A DNA stretch of 64,000 nucleotides, taken from positions 1-64,000 of IMG/VR virus record IMGVR_UViG_3300048904_000222; one strand, given 5' to 3'. Shown here piece after piece: positions 41,120 through 47,551 of the stretch; position 1 is the first letter of the stretch; each line of letters opens with the position of its first letter. This stretch comes from a virus. The position numbers and the translations under genes were made by a program. The notes under the pieces were generated by a model that ran no database searches, was not told the DNA's origin, and worked only from the letters and a program-made list of their open reading frames with translations.

Positions 41120-41952
41120 GAAAGCAAAGCGCTCTCGTCGTCCTCAGCGGCGGCCAAGACTCCACCACGTGCCTGTATTGGGCGATCGAAAAATACGGCA
41201 AGGAGAACGTGCATGCGGTCACGTTCGACTACGGCCAGCGGCACAGTATCGAAATCGAAGCGGCTGAATTCATCGCCGACATGGCGGGGATTGCGGGCCA
41301 TGAAACGATCGACGTGCGCGGCATTTTGCAGAGCACGAGCCCGCTGACCAGCACCAACCAGCTCGACAAGTACGAGAATTTCCAACAGATGGAAGCGGCC
41401 GTCGGCAACAACATCGAGAAGACGTTCGTGCCGATGCGCAACACGCTGTTCCTCACCATCGCAATGAACCGTGCGATCGCCATCGGCGCGCAGGTTGTGG
41501 TGACCGGGATCTGCCAGGAAGACAACGCGAATTACCCGGACTGTACGGAGAATTTTCGCAGGAAGCTTGAAGCCGCATTCGACGAAAGCCTTCGCGGCGA
41601 CCGCGCAGAGCTTCCGCGTTTCGAAATCGAAACCCCGCTGATGTATCTGTCGAAGGCGGCCACCGTGTACTTGGCAAACGAGCTGCCGGGGTGCATGGAC
41701 GCGCTGGCTCGTTCCCACACCAGCTACGACGGCAAGTTTCCGCCGACCGACAACAACCATTCGAACCTGCTGCGGGCGCACGGCTTCTGCGAAGCGCACG
41801 TGCCTGACCCGCTTGTGCTGCGTGCGTGGGCCGAAGGTTTGATGGATCTTCCGCCGACGATCAACTATCGGGACGAAGCTCTGCAGGAATTCTTCGCAAA
41901 GCATCGCTCTGACTTCTTCAAGAACATCGAGTACAAACTGTACGGCGAGTGA
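41116..41952 (+). CDS. queC: QueC-like 7-cyano-7-deazaguanine synthase homolog lacking the Zn-binding cysteines
   Basis: Trimmed to ATG 41116. Has the PP-loop VVLSGGQDSTTC and VPMRNTLF, GICQEDNANYPDC. Where QueC normally has TxSCY...CGxCxxCxxR, this protein reads SHTSYDGKFPPTDNNHSNLLRAHGF. It also has a ~45-aa C-terminal extension. Confidence 0.75.
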   Translation: MRKQSALVVLSGGQDSTTCLYWAIEKYGKENVHAVTFDYGQRHSIEIEAAEFIADMAGIAGHETIDVRGILQSTSPLTSTNQLDKYENFQQMEAAVGNNIEKTFVPMRNTLFLTIAMNRAIAIGAQVVVTGICQEDNANYPDCTENFRRKLEAAFDESLRGDRAELPRFEIETPLMYLSKAATVYLANELPGCMDALARSHTSYDGKFPPTDNNHSNLLRAHGFCEAHVPDPLVLRAWAEGLMDLPPTINYRDEALQEFFAKHRSDFFKNIEYKLYGE

Positions 41953-42383
41953 TGGACATCGTCACGCACGCGGTAGTCGGTGCTGCAACGGGTGCGGCCT
42001 TTGGCCGCCCGTTTGCGGGTATGGCATTCGCCGTGCTGCCCGACTTATTCCTGTTTAGCGTCAAGCGGCGCGATACCCCTACGGCTGCGTATAACGCCAG
42101 CCACAGCTTCGCCGGGCTGGTGCTCGTTACCATACTGGCCGGGCTGTACGCGCCGAGCCTAGGTGGCGTGGCCTTCTTTGCGTATGCGTCCCACATTGTG
42201 CTTGACGTGCCAACGCACGGCGAGCGCTGGGCTCCCCCGCTCATGTGGCCGAGCAAGCGTAGATACAGCATGGGGGACGAATGGGAATGGTTTAATTATT
42301 CCTGGTTCCACGGTGCATTTCTTGCCATTCTATGGATCATTGTATGCCTTCCACTGTCACTATCTCACATTGGTTCCCGGTAA
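41952..42383 (+). CDS. DUF457/YdjM-like membrane-bound metal-dependent hydrolase
   Basis: 143 aa. MDIVTHAVVGAATGAAFG...LPDLF...SHSFAG...SHIVLDVPTH shows the His/Asp pattern of the family. 3-4 hydrophobic segments. Confidence 0.55.
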   Translation: MDIVTHAVVGAATGAAFGRPFAGMAFAVLPDLFLFSVKRRDTPTAAYNASHSFAGLVLVTILAGLYAPSLGGVAFFAYASHIVLDVPTHGERWAPPLMWPSKRRYSMGDEWEWFNYSWFHGAFLAILWIIVCLPLSLSHIGSR

Positions 42384-42730
42384 TCACCTTCTGTCCGGTG
42401 AACGGCCTCCCCGATGTTATCTATCTGTACGTGACGTTTCCTGCCGACGAATTTGTCGAACTGTACGGTGTGCGCAAGGACATCAAGCGCAACTGGCGTT
42501 TCAGAAAGATGTTCATGGAGGATGTCGCCAAGGAAGCGCTCGAGTACTTCAAAAAGGCGTTGTCGGTTGAAGTGCGGTTGGCAACCGGGCGGCACACTGT
42601 ATTGCTGGTGCGGCAGAAGGCGCTGATTGTCGACGAACCGCACCAAGACATCACGATCAAACTTGACACCCGTGATGTGCAGGAATACATTGCCTGTAAA
42701 CTGGACAAAATCAAAATAGGTGACCTGTGA
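42344..42730 (+). CDS. QueF-like T-fold protein (no recognisable NADPH motif)
   Basis: Track ORF 42332..42730; the start is uncertain (ATG 42332 or 42344). VITFCPVNGLPDVIYLYVTFPADEFVELYGVRKDIKRNWRFRKMFMEDV aligns by eye with QueF [48 protein letters not shown]. Cys and Asp are kept; the ESKSLKLY motif and the His are not. Confidence 0.5.
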   Translation: MPSTVTISHWFPVITFCPVNGLPDVIYLYVTFPADEFVELYGVRKDIKRNWRFRKMFMEDVAKEALEYFKKALSVEVRLATGRHTVLLVRQKALIVDEPHQDITIKLDTRDVQEYIACKLDKIKIGDL

Positions 42731-43182
42731 GCTATCGCGTAACCAAGACCTACGACCACTCGCTCGGCTTGAGCGCCTGCTTCCGCCAGTGGCGGGCAGC
42801 CAGCCATTGCCGCCATCTGCACGGCTACGCGCTCGCTTTCGAGTTTGTATTCGAGGCTGAGGAACTCGACGACCGCAATTGGGTTGTCGACTTTGGCGGT
42901 CTCAAGCAACTCAAGCACCTGCTCGAGCAGACGTTTGACCACAAGCTTGTGGTGGCAGGCGACGATCCGTATCTGGACGAAATCTGCCAGCTCGCCGGTA
43001 TCGACGTCGCCAGCGTTACCATGTTTCCGGATGGGGTTGGCTGCGAGAAATTCGCAGAATACGCATTCGGACTGGCGAAGGAAGTCCTGTGTCAGCTGCG
43101 GGTTCAGGACCGTGTTAAAGTTGTGTCCTGCGAATGCCGCGAACATGGTGGCAATAGCGCAACGTATCAACCTTCCAAGTAA
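42727..43182 (+). CDS. queD: 6-carboxy-5,6,7,8-tetrahydropterin synthase
   Basis: 151 aa with a GTG start overlapping the previous stop. CRHLHGYALAFEFVFEAEELDDRNWVVDFGGLK fits the PTPS/QueD pattern (CxxxHGH-like with DFG). Confidence 0.8.
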   Translation: MSYRVTKTYDHSLGLSACFRQWRAASHCRHLHGYALAFEFVFEAEELDDRNWVVDFGGLKQLKHLLEQTFDHKLVVAGDDPYLDEICQLAGIDVASVTMFPDGVGCEKFAEYAFGLAKEVLCQLRVQDRVKVVSCECREHGGNSATYQPSK

Positions 43183-43192
43183 AGAGACTTTA

Positions 43193-43870
43193 ATGAACGC
43201 TCCCGAAAAAGACGAATATCTCGAAGGTATCATTGGCCCGGTCGACGATCGGCCGTTTCAGGCAACATCGTTGACCGTGAACGGCGCGCAGTTTTACCCG
43301 CCGCTTGGCGCAGAACAAACGGAGCAAGAGAACCTGATTCGCGGGCTGCTCGATGACATCATTGGGGAAGACGTAGACCGCGAAGGTTTGCTGGAAACCC
43401 CGGCGCGCGTTGTCAAGGCGTGGAAACACTGGTGTGGAGGTTACAAGATCAATGTTCAAGAACTCATCAAGTCGTTTGCTGACGGGGCCGAAGGGGCAGA
43501 CGAAATGGTCGTTCGCAAAGGCATTCGCATCTACAGCCATTGCGAACATCATTTGGCACCCATTATCGGCGAGTGCACGATCGCTTATATTCCTAATGGA
43601 AGCGTGGTCGGCCTGTCGAAGCTGGATCGTATCGCGGATGCGTTCGCGCGCCGGCTGCAAGTGCAAGAACGGCTGACGTCGCAGATTGCGGACGCGTTGT
43701 GGGAAGGCTTGCGCCCGCTTGGCGTCGGCGTCCATATCAAGGCGCGGCACATGTGCATCGAGTCGCGCGGCGTGATGCAGCACAACAGCGATACGATGAC
43801 CACAGCCCTGCGCGGCGTGATTAAATCCGAATCCGACGCTCGAGCTGAATTCATGGCGCTGGTGCGGTAA
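43193..43870 (+). CDS. folE: GTP cyclohydrolase I
   Basis: Trimmed to ATG 43193; 225 aa. Contains LLETPARVVKAW, YSHCEHHLAPIIG, GLSKLDRI, RRLQVQERLT and HMCIESRGV, the classical FolE motifs. Confidence 0.9.
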   Translation: MNAPEKDEYLEGIIGPVDDRPFQATSLTVNGAQFYPPLGAEQTEQENLIRGLLDDIIGEDVDREGLLETPARVVKAWKHWCGGYKINVQELIKSFADGAEGADEMVVRKGIRIYSHCEHHLAPIIGECTIAYIPNGSVVGLSKLDRIADAFARRLQVQERLTSQIADALWEGLRPLGVGVHIKARHMCIESRGVMQHNSDTMTTALRGVIKSESDARAEFMALVR

Positions 43871-44248
43871 AATGGTTCTGTAGTGCCTATGCCATGCCCG
43901 AATCCCTGTACGGTTAAGACATGGTGTAGATGGTCCGTGAGGCAACCTAAAATGCGCAAGCGACGGGAGGTTATGGCCCCGTAGAGCGTGGAGGCGCTCA
44001 GTATCCTTCCAAACCGGCAGGCGGGTGGAAAGCCCGCACACTTTAGGATCAGAAATGCGGAAATGCAAACGTGTCTGGCGTAAGCGGTGGCCTGTTCACT
44101 ATAACGTGAAAACTCCTCGGCTTAAGGAGCCTGAGCGCCGACGCGAGATTAATCATAACTCGCGCAAAGTCGTATTTAAATTGCGACGCACGGTACGCGT
44201 ACCGCTTTATCGACACATCTTTTGGGAACGCATGGGCGTTTACTGGAA

Positions 44249-44482
44249 ATGAATTTTCTCAACATGAATCGGCTTCAGGCTGCAGTCGACGAGATCAATG
44301 CTGTGTGCAAGAAGCATGGCATTGTACTGGTCGGCGTGAGCAATGGCGAACAGGTGTACGGAGAAATCCTCGTGCATGAAGTTGGTACGCACAGTCAATG
44401 GTCGAAACCTGAAACGCTGCCGACGAAGCTCGAGTTTCTTGATCACGAGTTCTATACAACCGCAATTGGAACCAAGGAATAA
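44249..44482 (+). CDS. Hypothetical protein (77 aa)
   Basis: Trimmed to ATG 44249, with a weak RBS. An alternative start lies at 44264. Confidence 0.4.
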   Translation: MNFLNMNRLQAAVDEINAVCKKHGIVLVGVSNGEQVYGEILVHEVGTHSQWSKPETLPTKLEFLDHEFYTTAIGTKE

Positions 44483-44483
44483 C

Positions 44484-44918
44484 ATGAAGCCCGTACTGCA
44501 TCCCAGCAACACGCGCACGCTCGACGCTCCGAAGCACAATGCCACAAGCGGAAAAATTGTTCCGATCGGCATTACGGACGTGCTGGACGGCGGTATCCCG
44601 TATGTGGTCAGCTTCTGGCAGCCGTCTGCGGGCGAGCTCGAGTGTTTGCAGCACGGCGGCAGCGTTAGCCTGTGGTTGCTGGGCCAAACGATGCCGGTCA
44701 CGGCGATTTCGGTCGACGGCAAAAAGACAATCGACAGTATGCCGCACATCGGCGGTTTCGACGGTATGGACGCAGACCGTCGGCCTGCGGGTTGGACTGT
44801 CGAAGAATGGAATCTCGGTTCGTGGTTGGCTGCTGCACTCGACGACCCGAAAGCCTGCGCTGAGTTCAAGCGCGACATTCAAGCATGGTTCGACATGCTG
44901 GAGTCGCGTAAGAAATGA
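44484..44918 (+). CDS. Hypothetical protein (144 aa) immediately upstream of dpdA
   Basis: Trimmed to ATG 44484, preceded by AAGGAA. The stop overlaps the dpdA start. Confidence 0.5.
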   Translation: MKPVLHPSNTRTLDAPKHNATSGKIVPIGITDVLDGGIPYVVSFWQPSAGELECLQHGGSVSLWLLGQTMPVTAISVDGKKTIDSMPHIGGFDGMDADRRPAGWTVEEWNLGSWLAAALDDPKACAEFKRDIQAWFDMLESRKK

Positions 44919-45862
44919 TCGGGTTTCAGTACAACCTGTATCTGGCCGCCGTGTACACGAACAACTACATGCGCGGCCAACGTCTTTACGAAGACTTCAA
45001 CGATCGCGAAAAGCTGGTTGCGGATACGGCGTTACCACACATCCTCGAATCCTGGCACTATGTTGGCGCGCAGCGATACGTGGACGCCATGCGGGCAAAC
45101 GGCGCACAAATCTTCTTGGACAGTGGTGCATTCTCCGCATACACGCTTGGCGTGAAATTGCGCGTGGAGGACTACGTCGGATATATTCAGAAGAACGTTG
45201 ACATCCTTCGTAAGGAAGACAATGTCGTCATGGCATCGGTGCTTGACGGTATTGGAGACCCCCTCGAAACTTGGCGCAACCAGACAGCAATGGAGGCGAT
45301 GGGTGTGCGGCCGCTGCCGTGCTTCCACGCGGGTGAAGATGAACGATATCTTGAACACTACGTTTCAAAGTACGAATATATCACCCTTGGCGGGATGGTT
45401 GGAGTTAGCACAAAGCAACTCTGTACGTGGCTCGATCGAGTGTGGGGCAGATACCTTGTGGATGGCAGCGGTCGAGCTCGAATCAAAGTCCATGGATTCG
45501 GCATCACGGCTCGATCTATTATGGAACGCTATCCTTGGCACTCAGTTGACTCTTCTTCCTGGATTCAATCCGCTTCCTTCGGTTCCATTGAAACCCCTGA
45601 GCATGGGCCTATCAGCGTTTCCGAGAAAAGCCCAGCACGTCACGATGCTGGACAGCATCTGACAACCCTCACTCCGCTTGAGCAGGACTATCTGTATCGG
45701 AAACTTGAAGAGGCGGGGTTCACATACGAACGTCTATCGACTGTTTATCAGTCACGCGCAGCGTATAATCTATGGGCCTATGGCGTAATCAACGCCAGCA
45801 TCAACGCTATGAAGGCGAAACGCGATGGCACTTTCGGGGCCGAAGTTATGGAACTCTTCTAG
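44915..45862 (+). CDS. dpdA: DpdA-family DNA 7-deazaguanine transglycosylase (TGT-like)
   Basis: 315 aa. FLDSGAFS, ITLGGMVG, VHGFGIT and HSVDSSSW fit the phage DpdA / queuine tRNA-ribosyltransferase-like TIM-barrel pattern. It is co-located with preQ0 pathway genes. Confidence 0.75.
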   Translation: MIGFQYNLYLAAVYTNNYMRGQRLYEDFNDREKLVADTALPHILESWHYVGAQRYVDAMRANGAQIFLDSGAFSAYTLGVKLRVEDYVGYIQKNVDILRKEDNVVMASVLDGIGDPLETWRNQTAMEAMGVRPLPCFHAGEDERYLEHYVSKYEYITLGGMVGVSTKQLCTWLDRVWGRYLVDGSGRARIKVHGFGITARSIMERYPWHSVDSSSWIQSASFGSIETPEHGPISVSEKSPARHDAGQHLTTLTPLEQDYLYRKLEEAGFTYERLSTVYQSRAAYNLWAYGVINASINAMKAKRDGTFGAEVMELF

Positions 45863-45870
45863 GAGGTTGT

Positions 45871-45948
45871 ATGTGGAATGATGTCGCCGCAGCTCTCTTC
45901 GTGTTCTGCGCTGTGGCGCTGGCCTACATGGCAATCAAGAACAAGTGA
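45871..45948 (+). CDS. Possible 25-aa hydrophobic peptide
   Basis: Hand-found ORF: strong AGGAGG 4 nt before ATG 45871. Product MWNDVAAALFVFCAVALAYMAIKNK. Very short, so speculative. Confidence 0.3.
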   Translation: MWNDVAAALFVFCAVALAYMAIKNK

Positions 45949-46072
45949 TAACCGGATATTTTAAAAGCACGACGCATTGCTATCTAGTTTATCTGGAGTA
46001 CAAAGCGTTCTGCGTTGCGAACGGCTGGGATTTCATTTCCTATAAGCGATGGCTCAAACGGAGTAAAATAAA

Positions 46073-46357
46073 GTGAAATACATCGTTTTCTCGAAGGACA
46101 TTGGTGACGGGATCCGCAAGGAATATCCCGTTATCATTCCGAACGACCTGACACACGCGGACGTCGCTAACGGGATGATGGAATATTGCCCGGAACTCAA
46201 GGGGGCAACCGTGGTTGGAGCGGGCGAACTGTCTTGTATGGACATTCAACCCGAATGCCACGGCTCATCACCAACGCTCGGTGTCCCCAGCCGCGGAACG
46301 AGCGACGATCGTGCGTTCATTATGCGCGACTACCATCATGGGGTAATCGATGCTTGA
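46073..46357 (+). CDS. Hypothetical protein (94 aa)
   Basis: Track ORF with a GTG start and GGAG upstream. Overlaps the clamp gene start by 8 nt. Confidence 0.45.
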   Translation: MKYIVFSKDIGDGIRKEYPVIIPNDLTHADVANGMMEYCPELKGATVVGAGELSCMDIQPECHGSSPTLGVPSRGTSDDRAFIMRDYHHGVIDA

Positions 46358-47327
46358 CGCAATTCGTTTCGTTCAAGGCAGCGTTGCAAAGAAAGAATTC
46401 CTGCCTTCTCTGACACACTTTGTTATCGAGAACAACACAATTCGCGGGTACGACGGCGTCATTGCATTGTGCGCCCCAATTGCGCTCGATCTCGAGTGTA
46501 AGCCGAAAGCAGAGCCCTTCTTTAAGGCCGTGCAGGCGTGTGGTGACGAAGGGCTTGCGCTCGCCATGACACCCAACGGACGTCTGTCTGTCAAGTCCGG
46601 CAAGAAGCGGTTTCTGGTGGACTGCTATCCTGAAGACAACACACCGCACGCCAAACCGGATGGCGATCATGTACATCATCTTTCGGATGGCAAAGCTTTC
46701 TATGATGCGCTCGAAACGATCGCTCCATTTATCGGCAACGACGCAAGTCGGCCGTGGAGTAATGGGGTGCTGATCGACGGGCCGCAGATGTACGCGACAA
46801 ACAACATCGTTCTGACCAATATCTGGCATGGCGGCAACTTCCCACACAAGGTCTGCGTTCCCGCCAAATGCGTCAAGGAGATTCTACGTGTCAAACAACC
46901 ACCAATCAAGCTGCAACTCGGGACGTCGGCTATCACGTTTCACTTCGAAGATGGGCGTTGGATTCGTACGCAGCTTATTTCTACTGACGGATGGCCTGAT
47001 ATTGGTCGTGTCCTCGATCGACACTGTACGGAGAACCCTACGGCGGTTGACCCCGCGCTGTTTGACGCGCTCCGCACGATCAAGCCGTTCGTGAATGCGA
47101 TGTCGACCGTCTACATGCAAGACGGGGTTGTAACCACAACGCTCGCCGACGAAAGCGGGGCGACGGTTGAAGTTGCTTCCGTGAAGCACAAGGGTGTTTT
47201 CGGGCTGGAGATGCTTCTCTTGCTTGAGGGAGTGGCCCAAAATATTGATTGGGCCGCGTACCCTGCTCCCTGTCTCTGGTTCGGCAAGAAGCTGCGCGGA
47301 GCTATTGTCGGTCAACGTGGAGGATAA
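46350..47327 (+). CDS. DNA polymerase sliding clamp, DnaN (beta)-like
   Basis: 325 aa. The N-terminus FVQGSVAKKEFLPSLTHFVIENNTIRGYDGVIAL and the internal RPWSNGVLIDGPQMYATNNIVL resemble the beta-clamp pattern (...P.L..v.ie....l..ATD...). The size fits a three-domain clamp, and a polymerase gene is adjacent. Confidence 0.55.
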   Translation: MLDAIRFVQGSVAKKEFLPSLTHFVIENNTIRGYDGVIALCAPIALDLECKPKAEPFFKAVQACGDEGLALAMTPNGRLSVKSGKKRFLVDCYPEDNTPHAKPDGDHVHHLSDGKAFYDALETIAPFIGNDASRPWSNGVLIDGPQMYATNNIVLTNIWHGGNFPHKVCVPAKCVKEILRVKQPPIKLQLGTSAITFHFEDGRWIRTQLISTDGWPDIGRVLDRHCTENPTAVDPALFDALRTIKPFVNAMSTVYMQDGVVTTTLADESGATVEVASVKHKGVFGLEMLLLLEGVAQNIDWAAYPAPCLWFGKKLRGAIVGQRGG

Positions 47328-47328
47328 A

Positions 47329-47472
47329 ATGTTTGGTCCTGTTCAACAAGTGTCCCTGCCGCCCGCAATGAATACGCGGCCGTCAGGGATGCCAACGCCG
47401 CAAGGCACCGCAGTGATCCATGGCGTGCTGCGCCCGGTGCAGATCCCGCACGCAACGGATCCGAAGCAGTAA
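47329..47472 (+). CDS. Hypothetical Pro-rich peptide (47 aa)
   Basis: GGAGGA lies 4 nt before ATG 47329. It is followed directly by a terminator. Confidence 0.4.
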   Translation: MFGPVQQVSLPPAMNTRPSGMPTPQGTAVIHGVLRPVQIPHATDPKQ

Positions 47473-47480
47473 GCAGTACC

Positions 47481-47502
47481 GCCCGGCTTCGGCCGGGCTT
47501 TT
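47481..47502 (+). terminator. Intrinsic terminator
   Basis: GCCCGGC-TTCG-GCCGGGC followed by TTTT. Confidence 0.8.
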
Positions 47503-47551
47503 GCGCTATTGGCCCGCAATAAATGGCCTAACACTTTCAGTAGAATACAAA

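Noticed and set aside
44025-44252. 75-aa basic ORF in the gap between folE and the next gene
   Set aside because: It has no RBS and an extreme Arg/Lys composition. It overlaps predicted hairpins and the start of the next ORF. I kept it only as an alternative explanation in the finding on that gap.
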